Shown: positions 32,765 to 41,870, counted from the stretch's first letter. The stretch is DNA of 64,000 bases from Cyanophyceae cyanobacterium (GCA_050331735.1 JBHJGN010000022.1:64001-128000); one strand, 5' to 3'. Program-made: numbers and translations. The notes: generated by a model not told the origin, from the sequence alone.

Positions 32765-32800
32765 ATTAAGAGCAGATTCTGTAATACCTGCTCTCAATTG
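32765..32800. terminator. Hairpin between convergent STAND gene and peptide gene
   Basis: GAGCAG...CTGCTC stem flanked by A/T-rich sequence. Confidence 0.45.
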
Positions 32801-32847
32801 TTTGGTTTTTATTACTACGTTACCTGGTTAAGTGTAGTCAAATCTAC

Positions 32848-32991
32848 TCAAAAATAGCAGACAATGTCACTGGTTAGGTCTTGTTTAAACTCCTCAATTA
32901 AGATATCTGCGAGTTCAATTTTAAGTTCTAACTCGTTTAAGACTTCAAAGCTGTTTTCAACGTGCTTGATTTCTGTAGCTGTAGTAATCAT
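32848..32991 (-). CDS. Unannotated 47-aa peptide MITTATEIKHVENSFEVLNELELKIELADILIEEFKQDLTSDIVCYF (candidate RiPP-like precursor)
   Basis: Translated by hand; AAAGGAG RBS about 9 nt upstream of ATG; same strand as and directly downstream of the HDO gene; below the ORF-track length cutoff. Confidence 0.7.
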   Translation of the reverse strand: MITTATEIKHVENSFEVLNELELKIELADILIEEFKQDLTSDIVCYF

Positions 32992-33108
32992 TGCAAAATT
33001 CTCCTTTGGGTTAATTCAGAAAGTAAATTTAAGATTGCTTGAGACCGAATATCTGTTTTATTCGGATGAGGGTGTAATCGCGTAATGCGCACAACGAGCG
33101 TACTTCGC

Positions 33109-34077
33109 CTACAGGCTTTTCTCTAAATTCAGCGGATTCAATCTCTGCTGAATTTCTTCATCTGAGATGTAGCTTTCAGTTGGCGGACTAAAACACAACA
33201 GTGCCGTTTCATAACAGGCTCGCGCTACACGATCGCGCTCTTTGGCAGAAAGCTCTGCTACCATTGCAACTGTCTCTTCTACGTGTTCTGCATCAGCACC
33301 AACACTACTGTGTACGCGCAGGCAGCGGGTAGTATGTACGTTAGCAGGTAGCAAATCCTCTACCTTTTGGATGTACTCCTCGCTAATGCCCATCGCTAGG
33401 CGTTCCATCGTATAGGAATAACCCACACTATCAATTGGGTCATCATCCTGTACGCTACGAGTAAAGTAGTCCATCAAAGCTACCGCAGCAGGAGGGACGA
33501 GTGCTTTCACTACTGCTTCGGCATCGTATCCCAGGGCTTGAATATCGCGGAGAGCAAGCAGATCGTGTCCGGCTTCCTCTTGAGCCTTTTCTCTGGCCCA
33601 CTGTGCCAGTGTAGAGCGACCAGTTAGCGCAAACCGTCGAGCCGCTTTTTGCAACGATGCTGGAACAGAGTGAGTTAAATGATAAGAACCAGCTAAGCGC
33701 CATACCCAGCGCGTTGCTGTCAACGCAGGGGGTCTCACATCTGAATTTACTGCATACTTAGCCGCCGCGATCGCCCCATCTAACAGTTGACGAGTAGTTG
33801 CTACACTTCCGGCCTTTTCCATTGGCTGAGACAGATACAGCAGAGAAGGACTTAGCGGCGGGGTGTTTGCATCTATCTGAAGCAGCCATGCTCGCTCAGC
33901 AGAGGCAACAACAACTTTGTTGGGTGCAATCTTCGCCCATTCTACATCAGGAGAATTAGCGTAATGGGTCGAGAAACCCTCTCTATCGAGTTGAGATGCA
34001 TTGGTTTTATCCAGAGTGAAGGAGACACTCGGATCTCTTTCCCGCTTGTGAGCAGGATGGTTCTGATTAAAGTTCAT
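33109..34077 (-). CDS. Heme-oxygenase-like diiron (HDO / iron-containing redox) enzyme
   Basis: EEAGH, YTMER and VHSSVGADAEH match the E-H-E-H-D-H ligand layout of CADD-like HDO proteins. Confidence 0.75.
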   Translation of the reverse strand: MNFNQNHPAHKRERDPSVSFTLDKTNASQLDREGFSTHYANSPDVEWAKIAPNKVVVASAERAWLLQIDANTPPLSPSLLYLSQPMEKAGSVATTRQLLDGAIAAAKYAVNSDVRPPALTATRWVWRLAGSYHLTHSVPASLQKAARRFALTGRSTLAQWAREKAQEEAGHDLLALRDIQALGYDAEAVVKALVPPAAVALMDYFTRSVQDDDPIDSVGYSYTMERLAMGISEEYIQKVEDLLPANVHTTRCLRVHSSVGADAEHVEETVAMVAELSAKERDRVARACYETALLCFSPPTESYISDEEIQQRLNPLNLEKSL

Positions 34078-34149
34078 AATTCACTTAGAAATTAAATACG
34101 CAGTGGAATTGAAATCGGCATGGCTAACCTTACTAGTGAGAACCTTCGC

Positions 34150-34169
34150 GTTTTGTTGGCAGACAAAAC
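34150..34169. promoter_or_regulatory. Palindromic operator GTTTTGT-TGGCAG-ACAAAAC, copy 1
   Basis: Exact 20-mer, 73 nt from the ATG at 34077. Confidence 0.8.
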
Positions 34170-34356
34170 GATTCCCCATCAGGAATAACCATTACCATTG
34201 ACTCTTTTGCAACCAGGCTTAATTATTTAAGACTGTCAAAAGAGTTTGGTAAACACTCTGCCCAAACGGGCATAGCTTTACCTAACGACCAACTAGCAGG
34301 CTAGCTGGCTTTGGCGATCGCGTTACACTGGCAGGCATAACGTTTTTCAACCAAAT

Positions 34357-35265
34357 CTACGAATTCAGCGTTTTGAGGATGAGCTGAATTTCAAAATCTG
34401 AGACAATATGCTGTCGAGAACGGTTAAAACACAACAGCGCCGTTTCATAGCAGGCTTTCGCCACACAGGTCCGTTCAGCAGCCGTCAGTCCTGCAACCAT
34501 CTCAACGGTTTCTTGAACATCTTCACAATCAATGCCCACGCTTCCGTGCAGCCACGGGCGACTAGCCGCAGCAGGATTGGGCGGCAGCAGTCCTTCGACA
34601 AGCTGGATATACTCTACACCAATTCCGGTGGCAATCCGCTCAATGGTATAAGAATAGCCCACACAGTCAATCGGATTACGGCTTTGGACCCCGAGAGCCA
34701 AATAATTGAGCAAATTATCGGCTTGAGCGGGATGCAATGCTGAGATAACGGCTTCGGCATCGTAGCCTAAGCACTGAATATCTCGTAAAGCCGCTCCATT
34801 GTAATCCTTTTCCCGACTCGCTTTCTGTCTGGCCCAGGTGGCTAAAGACGAGCGATGAGTACTTGCAAAGCGGTGCGCCGCTTCTGCCATTAATGTCGGT
34901 GTTAGGCACGTCAGATGGTAGTGTCCGGCTAGTCGCCAAATCCAGCGCGCCAGCGTTAAATCCGGCAGGATCACGTAAGAATATCGCTGGTAGGCAGCGG
35001 CGATCGCACCATCTAAAAGACTCTGCGTTGAAGCCACACTCCCACTCATGTCCGCCATCGGTTGAGCAAAACGGTCTGAATCGCTCGAACCGTGGGGATA
35101 GAGCCAAACACTACTGGCCGTTGCAACTACTAGAGTTTCTGGTGAAAGTCGTGCCCATTGAGTGTCAAGGGAATTAGCAAGACGCGCCCGAGGAGTCGCT
35201 GCTACCGGTGCAAAGAAGATCCGACTCGGGTCTTCTGGTCCGGCTCGATAGTCGTCATTGTTCAT
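34357..35265 (-). CDS. Paralogous HDO-fold protein with degenerate metal ligands
   Basis: Shares LLDGAIAAA, RWIWRLAGHYHLT, VGYSYTIER, ACYETALLCF with 33109-34077, but EEAGH is REKDY and DAEH is DCED. Confidence 0.75.
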   Translation of the reverse strand: MNNDDYRAGPEDPSRIFFAPVAATPRARLANSLDTQWARLSPETLVVATASSVWLYPHGSSDSDRFAQPMADMSGSVASTQSLLDGAIAAAYQRYSYVILPDLTLARWIWRLAGHYHLTCLTPTLMAEAAHRFASTHRSSLATWARQKASREKDYNGAALRDIQCLGYDAEAVISALHPAQADNLLNYLALGVQSRNPIDCVGYSYTIERIATGIGVEYIQLVEGLLPPNPAAASRPWLHGSVGIDCEDVQETVEMVAGLTAAERTCVAKACYETALLCFNRSRQHIVSDFEIQLILKTLNS

Positions 35266-35337
35266 CGTTATTGACCCAAGAATTCAATACGCTCTATGAG
35301 GAGATGCCAGGAACCGAAGCTAACTTAAAGTGGACTC

Positions 35338-35357
35338 GTTTTGTTGGCAGACAAAAC
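35338..35357. promoter_or_regulatory. Palindromic operator, copy 2
   Basis: Exact 20-mer, 73 nt from the ATG at 35265. Confidence 0.8.
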
Positions 35358-35360
35358 CGC

Positions 35361-35711
35361 TTAAGTTAACGACGTTTCTAGCTTGGCTTCTACCCATTCT
35401 TCGATGAGTTGAGAAAGCACCAACCGCATTGGCACTTGCTCTTGCGTACAGAGGACTTTAAGCTGGACCTTGAGAGACGGAGGCACGTAGGCACTAATCG
35501 TTTCTACGTTGGTCTCCAGGGAGGACTCAGCCTTCTTCAGGGCTGGTTTCTCAGCTTGAAGCCAGTTCCTCAGCAGTTGCTCTAGAATCACGCTCATATT
35601 TAATTCGTGTTGAGCGCAGAGAATCTTAAACTGAAGTTTAAGACGACTAGGAACAGTGGCTTTGACGACAACGCTTTTTTCTCTGTTGTGATACTTCACT
35701 GTTGGTGACAA
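35361..35711 (-). CDS. Tandem ribbon-helix-helix (ParG/CopG-like) DNA-binding protein
   Basis: Internal repeat VKATVPSRLKLQFKILCAQ..MSVILEQLLRNW / ISAYVPPSLKVQLKVLCTQ..MRLVLSQLIEEW. Confidence 0.7.
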   Translation of the reverse strand: MSPTVKYHNREKSVVVKATVPSRLKLQFKILCAQHELNMSVILEQLLRNWLQAEKPALKKAESSLETNVETISAYVPPSLKVQLKVLCTQEQVPMRLVLSQLIEEWVEAKLETSLT

Positions 35712-35967
35712 AAGAATAGAGTGTGAACGTTACTAATTACTATTCAGCACCTTCATCATTTTCACCAGGGAAGTTTTGGGAGATAACTAAAAAAGTTGAC
35801 GCGGGGTGCGGCTGGTGTGTTTGCTAATTTCAACAAGCCAACTGATATCGTTGACGCCACCCTGTTTTTCAGCTACACTAGAAAAAATTAAGTTCGTAAA
35901 AAACTTAAGAATTAAATACGCTTTGTGTCGGGGGCAAACGTCACCTTAGCAATCTCGGTTGAATCAA

Positions 35968-35987
35968 GTTTTGTTGGCAGACAAAAC
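35968..35987. promoter_or_regulatory. Palindromic operator, copy 3
   Basis: Exact 20-mer upstream of the RHH gene. Confidence 0.8.
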
Positions 35988-36526
35988 TTTTCTGAGTCTG
36001 TGCTGGCGGTTGTCTCCTTTTTTATGGGCGGGTACTGCCCAGAGGGGTAAATAACTGGCAGTAGCTGGTCGGTAACGGCAACTTTCAATCCCGGCAGAAG
36101 ACCGACGGGGATCGTGCAATTTGTTAGGTAGCAAAGTGATAAAGGGATAATCTACACTTACTACTTTTATTTGTTTTAGCCGTTTTAGGCCAGTGAAGTT
36201 AAGGAAGTTAAAAAACAGTGCTGCCGGATGAAGGGAAAAAGCAACTTGTTCAATCGCTCTCAAGGATTTATGAAAAGCCTTAGCAGAGCAGCAACGGTTT
36301 GACAAATAATCTTTAGCAAAGAAAGGTCTGTTCACCCTGATGGCAATCTTGGCTATAGATGGGCAATCGTACAGCCTTTCGTTTAAGCTATCTAGCTATG
36401 CTAGCACAAGCAAGAGCGGTTTGGCGTCTCTGTTTGGGTTTGTTACAGGATGAGGAAATTCTCGACCGCGATTAAGACGACGCACAGATAGGGTTAAGCA
36501 TGAAAGGTTTCAGTCCCGTTAGCCAT

Positions 36527-36943
36527 CTAGCTTTCCCCTGCCATTCTCCGAATAAATTCCAGCGGTAACCCATCGGTATCGGCGATAAAAGTCACTTCAT
36601 AAACGCGATCGCCAATGAGCTGCTGCGTTGGCTCTAGCAACACCTTCAGCGGCGCTTCGACTCGCGCCTGTAGCTGCTCTAACCACGTTAGCAAATCGTC
36701 TATCTGCTCCGTGACATCAAAAGAAAGATGATAGTATCCCACGTAATGCTCATCACCAAAGGCATCAGGAGCCGGGTGAGGTTCGGGAATTTGGATCAGC
36801 TCAAGGCGTCCCCCGAGCCCCTCTAGCCAGCAGGCCAGAGTATAACCGGCGGTGAAGCGTTCGCAGACCGTGAAACCCAACTGCTCGTAAAAGGCGATCG
36901 CTCGATGAATATCGGCGGTTCGGATCGAGACGTGGTGTAGCAT
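36527..36943 (-). CDS. VOC/glyoxalase-family protein
   Basis: MLHHVSIRT, FYEQLGF, YHLSF, FIADTDGLPLEF; ATG at 36943. Confidence 0.88.
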   Translation of the reverse strand: MLHHVSIRTADIHRAIAFYEQLGFTVCERFTAGYTLACWLEGLGGRLELIQIPEPHPAPDAFGDEHYVGYYHLSFDVTEQIDDLLTWLEQLQARVEAPLKVLLEPTQQLIGDRVYEVTFIADTDGLPLEFIRRMAGES

Positions 36944-36947
36944 TGCT

Positions 36948-37451
36948 CTACTCAAACATCCGGAAGTAGGGATAGCGAACCGGCACTCCTGGCTCTTTTT
37001 CAAGGTCAAAGTTAATCACTTCCCAGCAGGGTTCGTCGGCTGGCTCCGCGCTAAATTCCACCGGAAGACCGTAGAGACGCGGACCCTGCTCGGTCCCTCG
37101 CCAGGGTTTATTTCGGTCTAGATAATCGCCGACCAACTCGCGGTAGCGACTCGCAATAATCACTTTTGTGGCTTTATATCCTTGGGTATAGAGCCGGTCT
37201 AAGGCTTCGTGAATTTCAAAGCGAATTCCGTCTGGGTGCGTATGCTGTCGATACCAGCTCTCTTGCCAGCGTCGCCAGTGCCGCCCAGACTGCAAATGAA
37301 CGAGTTCTTCGGTTCTCGGATCGGCCTCAAAAGCACCGTGACGAGGACACAAATACGTATCGGTGAGTGTTAAAGCGGAAATAAGCTGGCGACAGTGGGG
37401 ACAGCGAATCTCGGGACCAAAGATCGGATAGTGTAAGCTGGGATTCATCAT
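36948..37451 (-). CDS. Conserved cyanobacterial protein (TIGR02652-like, CxxC-x14-CxxH)
   Basis: CPHC...CPRH near the N-terminus, about 170 aa. Confidence 0.8.
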   Translation of the reverse strand: MMNPSLHYPIFGPEIRCPHCRQLISALTLTDTYLCPRHGAFEADPRTEELVHLQSGRHWRRWQESWYRQHTHPDGIRFEIHEALDRLYTQGYKATKVIIASRYRELVGDYLDRNKPWRGTEQGPRLYGLPVEFSAEPADEPCWEVINFDLEKEPGVPVRYPYFRMFE

Positions 37452-37571
37452 GGAGAACCTGTCTCGACAAGAAAGGGCGTTCGCCAGTACCTGTGGCTCT
37501 ATTATAGAGGAGGAACCTCAGCTTCTAACGACCTGTAGGGTTATTTACGCTCTTTCAAACCTCGATTAGCC

Positions 37572-38114
37572 GTGAACGATATCCGCGCGTCTGCTGCCTA
37601 TTGGCCGTCTCCCGATCTCTCTCAAGCCGCCTTCGTTGCTCCTAATGCTACGGTCATGGGCGATGTCGCTCTGGCTAGTGGCTCGAGCGTTTGGTACAGT
37701 GCTGTCGTTCGGGGAGATGTCGAGCGCATTGAAATTGGTTGCTGTACCAATGTTCAGGATGGAGCCGTCCTCCACGGAGATCCGGGTCAACTCACCCTCC
37801 TCGAAGATCATGTCACGGTCGGTCATCGCGCCGTGATTCACGCAGCCACGATTGAGAGTGGCTGCTTAATTGGCATTGGCGCGGTGGTTCTCGATGGCGT
37901 CCGGGTGGGGACGGGCAGTATTATTGGCGCAGGCTGCATCGTCACGAAAGACGTCCCGCCCCGCTCTTTAATGGTTGGCGTTCCGGCAAGGCGAGTCCGC
38001 GAGATTTCTGAGTCTGAAGCTCAAGACTTGCTCGAACACGCTCGGCGCTACGAAAAACTCGCGCTAGTTCACGCCGGCAGAGGAACCGATCTTGGCTTTA
38101 CGGCTGTCCACTAG
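37572..38114 (+). CDS. Gamma-carbonic-anhydrase-like hexapeptide repeat protein
   Basis: VWYSAVVRGD, NVQDGAVLH, VTVGHRAVIH. Confidence 0.9.
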   Translation: MNDIRASAAYWPSPDLSQAAFVAPNATVMGDVALASGSSVWYSAVVRGDVERIEIGCCTNVQDGAVLHGDPGQLTLLEDHVTVGHRAVIHAATIESGCLIGIGAVVLDGVRVGTGSIIGAGCIVTKDVPPRSLMVGVPARRVREISESEAQDLLEHARRYEKLALVHAGRGTDLGFTAVH

Positions 38115-38228
38115 CATTGTTTTCTCCAAAACCAGGGGAGCAACTATGAAAAGTTTGTGAAATAGGATAAAATAGTGTTAGACATGAGAAAACTTCAAAA
38201 AACTTTAAGTGAAGGAGGAAACACAGGA

Positions 38229-38348
38229 ATGGACTGGCGGGTTATAGTAGTTCTTGCTCCTGTTATTGTGGCGGCAAGCTGGGCATTATTCAACATTGGC
38301 GCTGCTGCTCTCTCTCAAGCTCAGCAATTTTTTAACAAACAAAATTAA
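38229..38348 (+). CDS. psbY: Photosystem II protein Y
   Basis: Translated by hand: [44 protein letters not shown] upstream. Confidence 0.93.
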   Translation: MDWRVIVVLAPVIVAASWALFNIGAAALSQAQQFFNKQN

Positions 38349-38373
38349 GAAAAAAGAATAAAATTAGCAACCC

Positions 38374-38407
38374 GGCTGCTTTCCTCATCCTGGAAGCAGC
38401 TCTTTTT
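38374..38407 (+). terminator. Intrinsic terminator after psbY
   Basis: GCTGCTT...AAGCAGC stem followed by a T-run. Confidence 0.6.
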
Positions 38408-38489
38408 GGTTGGGAAGTTCTACCAACGAAAACCTCTAGCCGTTAGCTAAAAGCTAATGGCTTTATAAGCATATAATTTTCTATTTCCA

Positions 38490-39653
38490 ATGGGCAATCC
38501 TGACTCAGTACTGGTAAAGGCGACGCTACTTGCAATTAGCACCCTCACCGTCATGGCAGGGGCGACAATTGCCCCCTCGCTGCCCGCTATGCAGGAGCAT
38601 TTTGAAGCGGTAGATAATGTAGAGTACTGGGTGAGGCTCGTACTCACGGTTCCTGCCCTCTGCATTGCCGTTGGCGCCCCGGTAGTCGGCGTTTTGATAG
38701 ATCGGTTTGGGCGTAAACCGCTCCTCACTGCTGCCCTGGTTGTGTATGGCTTAGCAGGGAGTTCAGGGTTATGGCTACCGACAATCGGCTCCATTCTGGT
38801 AGGGCGGGCGTTGTTGGGCTTGAGCGTTGCTGGCGTCATGATTGGGGCGACTGCACTGATTGCAGACTACTATCAAGGCTCGGCACGGGGTCAGTTTTTG
38901 GGGCTACAGGCAGCCTTTATGGCGCTAGGGGGCGTGTTATTTTTGACCGCTGGTGGCTTTTTAGCCGATTTAAATTGGCGCCTGCCCTTTGCAATTTATT
39001 TGGCGGCTTTACTGCTTTTGCCCGGGGTGCGGAGAATTTTACCGGAACCGGAACAGACTAGAGTCAAGCATCCGGTGCACTCGGAAGAAGAACCGACAAC
39101 GGTTGCTTTTGGGCTAATTATCCTCACCTACGGCATCGCCCTCGTGACTCAGATCGTGTTTTACCTGATTCCAGTGCAGTTGCCTTTCTATCTCAAGAGC
39201 TTGGTTAACGCTAGTGCCTCAAGGAGTGGACTCGCGATCGCCCTGACCACGCTCTTTTCAGCCCTAAGCTCTTGGCTGTACCAGCGCCTGAAATCTCGTC
39301 TCAGCTTCATCAGCATCTACGGTATTGCCTTTCTCAATATGGCGCTGGGCTACGGCTTAATCAGCCTAGCCACCGATTTTACCTTGGTACTGCCGGGGTT
39401 AGCGATCGCCGGAATCGGGCTTGGCCTGGTCATGCCCAATATGAATAACTGCCTCACTTATGTCACGCCGAGTGCTTCTAGAGGTCGCGTTTTAAGCGGC
39501 TTGACCACCTGCTTCTTTCTTGGACAGTTTCTCTCGCCGCTGGTGACTCAGCCTGTTAGTCAAATAGTCGGCTTTGGCGTTACCTACGCTTTCGCCGGGT
39601 TGCTGATGGCTATCCTGGCCGCGTTTGCTCTGATATTTTTACTCAGAAGCTAG
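38490..39653 (+). CDS. MFS transporter
   Basis: Motif A GVLIDRFGRKP, GRALLG, about 12 TM helices. Confidence 0.9.
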   Translation: MGNPDSVLVKATLLAISTLTVMAGATIAPSLPAMQEHFEAVDNVEYWVRLVLTVPALCIAVGAPVVGVLIDRFGRKPLLTAALVVYGLAGSSGLWLPTIGSILVGRALLGLSVAGVMIGATALIADYYQGSARGQFLGLQAAFMALGGVLFLTAGGFLADLNWRLPFAIYLAALLLLPGVRRILPEPEQTRVKHPVHSEEEPTTVAFGLIILTYGIALVTQIVFYLIPVQLPFYLKSLVNASASRSGLAIALTTLFSALSSWLYQRLKSRLSFISIYGIAFLNMALGYGLISLATDFTLVLPGLAIAGIGLGLVMPNMNNCLTYVTPSASRGRVLSGLTTCFFLGQFLSPLVTQPVSQIVGFGVTYAFAGLLMAILAAFALIFLLRS

Positions 39654-39793
39654 TCGCTCCGCAACGGGGGAAGAGGAAAACGGTGAACAGTAAGCCGTAA
39701 CCAGACTCATTAGTTCATTGAACCATCCCTGTTAAGTCCCTTGGCCCTTTTCCCTGCTATGGACCTAAAGGCCAACGACACAGTGAAATAGAT

Positions 39794-40579
39794 TTAAATC
39801 CAGCCGCGCAGCCGATAAACCACTATGCCGATGTATTCCTTAAGCGCTTTAGTCGTGTTGGCAAGTCGCTCTGCATCAGGAAGAAAGTTTAAAATGGCTT
39901 CTTGAGTGCTGCTGTCGTTGTTCGTAGCTGCTGTTACTAAAAAGTCGGTGGGGGCAGGAATGGCCTCGATTTGCTGCCGCTTAAAGATGAGAAGAGAGCG
40001 CGGCATGTGGAGAGCCGATGTTACCAGCAAAACGCGGTTAATGTCTCTCTCTTCAAGAATGTTTCTGACGTTGACGGCATTTTCGTAAGTATTTAAAGAA
40101 TCTGGCTCTTCAATAATGGCCTCAGCAGGCACTCCCATGAGCTTCAGTAACGCGGCCATATCTTCCGATTCTGGATCTCCACCTCCCAACCAGGGAATTC
40201 GTCCGCCGGAGACGACGACTAAAGGAGCTTTTTGCTCTCGATACAGTTGAGCTGCATAAAGAACGCGATCGCCCTGTTCACTGACATCAACCATCGGTCG
40301 CGGCTCCGTATCTGGCTTAATCCCACCGCCAAGGACGATGATCGCCTCGGCGGATGGAATCTCGGCAGGAAGATGCCGCCATTCCAAAGAACGCACCAAA
40401 GCAGTACTCGCCCAATCATTGCTGCCGAGTAACAGCACAGCCAAAGCTAAGGCGATCGCTCCTGGAGTCCAGGACGAACGATTCCAGGCCAGCACCAAGG
40501 CAACAACGAGCAGGACGCCAGCGAGTCCAAGAGGATAGAGAAACAGCGGGAGTAACTTGGAGAAGAACAGGAAATCCAT
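39794..40579 (-). CDS. YdcF/ElyC (DUF218) family protein
   Basis: IIVLGGG, VVSGG, SLNTYENA, LVTSALHMPRS, KEYIG. Confidence 0.88.
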   Translation of the reverse strand: MDFLFFSKLLPLFLYPLGLAGVLLVVALVLAWNRSSWTPGAIALALAVLLLGSNDWASTALVRSLEWRHLPAEIPSAEAIIVLGGGIKPDTEPRPMVDVSEQGDRVLYAAQLYREQKAPLVVVSGGRIPWLGGGDPESEDMAALLKLMGVPAEAIIEEPDSLNTYENAVNVRNILEERDINRVLLVTSALHMPRSLLIFKRQQIEAIPAPTDFLVTAATNNDSSTQEAILNFLPDAERLANTTKALKEYIGIVVYRLRGWI

Positions 40580-40598
40580 ATCGTTAGCAGAGAAATAG

Positions 40599-41870
40599 TT
40601 AACGTCGGGACTCACGAGCGGTAACGTGCCGCAAGAAATATCCTACTAGATAAAGAGACCCGCACAAGACCACTAAGTGCTCAGAGCTACTTTGATAGGC
40701 AAAATCTAAAGCCTCAAACAGTTCTGGGAACGGGCGGCAGAAGTCTAAATTAGGACAAATCTGGGGTGCTAAAGCGGCCAGCTCTTTTGGTTCAGCGGTG
40801 CTGTGGTCGGGAACCGGAACGAGATACAGGCGATCGCCTCCTCGCAGCAGGGCCGCAAAAATATCGGCATGATCTTTGGTGGATAACATCCCCATAACCC
40901 AGGAAACCGGACGGTCGAGAGTGTCTACATACTGTCGTAAAGCTTGAGCCGCCGCCGGATTATGAGCCCCATCTATTAATAAAGACTGTTTCTGCCAGGT
41001 AGTCCACTGCAAGCGCCCTGGCCAGCGGGCTTTAGCCATGCCCTGAGCAATTGCAGAGTCCGGAATCTTCCAGCCTTGCTGCTGGAGGAGGTTGAGCGTG
41101 GCGACGGCCAACGCTGAATTCATCAACTGCACCTCTCCCCAGAGCGGTAGCGGATACTCAAGGCCCTGGTAACTCGCCCACCGCGGCCCCTCGTTGGGGC
41201 GCGGCAGATTGCGGTTCTCCTGGGCTGGCGTCACCCACACTGCGGGACAGCCAAGCTGTTCAACGCGGGCGGCCACGACTGCTTTGGCTTCGGGAGGCAG
41301 GCTACCGATGATTGCTGGACAGCCGGGTTTCACAATCCCGGCTTTTTCCCGGGCAATATCTGCCAGCGTTGGCCCCAAGGTTTGCCAGTGTTCCCGGCTA
41401 ATCGAAGTAATCACGCTCGCCAGCGGCTGTGGGCAAACGTTCGTTGCATCCAAACGCCCTCCTAAGCCTACTTCCATAACGGCCAGATCGACCTCCTCTT
41501 GAGCAAAGTAGAGCCAAGCCGCCGCAGTTACGACTTCAAACAGGGTCGGACTCTCGTCAGCATCGACAACGGCCTGAATCTGCCTGAGTACCTTTTCTAA
41601 AGCTTGGGTGGAGATTGGAGCTTCGTTAAGACAGATGCGCTCCGTCCAATCGACTAGATGAGGCGAAGTATAGCGACCAACTCGGCAGCCTGCTTCAGTT
41701 AAAACAGCAGAGAGATAAGCACACACCGACCCTTTGCCGTTCGTTCCCGCGACATGAATCAGCGGCATTCGCAGGTGAGGATTGCCTAATGCTGCCAACA
41801 GTCGCTCGATTCGTGCTAATCCGAGATGAACCCCAAAGCGCTGAAAGGGTTTGAGCAAGTCGTCAATCAT
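40599..41870 (-). CDS. folC: Folylpolyglutamate synthase / dihydrofolate synthase
   Basis: HVAGTNGKGS, YTSPHL, EVGLGGRLDATN, WPGR, IDGAHN, CGSLYLVG. Confidence 0.95.
   Translation of the reverse strand: MIDDLLKPFQRFGVHLGLARIERLLAALGNPHLRMPLIHVAGTNGKGSVCAYLSAVLTEAGCRVGRYTSPHLVDWTERICLNEAPISTQALEKVLRQIQAVVDADESPTLFEVVTAAAWLYFAQEEVDLAVMEVGLGGRLDATNVCPQPLASVITSISREHWQTLGPTLADIAREKAGIVKPGCPAIIGSLPPEAKAVVAARVEQLGCPAVWVTPAQENRNLPRPNEGPRWASYQGLEYPLPLWGEVQLMNSALAVATLNLLQQQGWKIPDSAIAQGMAKARWPGRLQWTTWQKQSLLIDGAHNPAAAQALRQYVDTLDRPVSWVMGMLSTKDHADIFAALLRGGDRLYLVPVPDHSTAEPKELAALAPQICPNLDFCRPFPELFEALDFAYQSSSEHLVVLCGSLYLVGYFLRHVTARESRR

Noticed and set aside
32864..33085. 73-aa plus-strand ORF
   Set aside because: Antisense shadow of the RBS-supported minus-strand peptide
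34150..35987. 20-bp exact repeats as CRISPR repeats or IS ends
   Set aside because: Separated by whole genes, same orientation, fixed distance to start codons; fits operators
35964..36335. 123-aa minus-strand ORF
   Set aside because: No motif or RBS; runs over an operator; probably spurious
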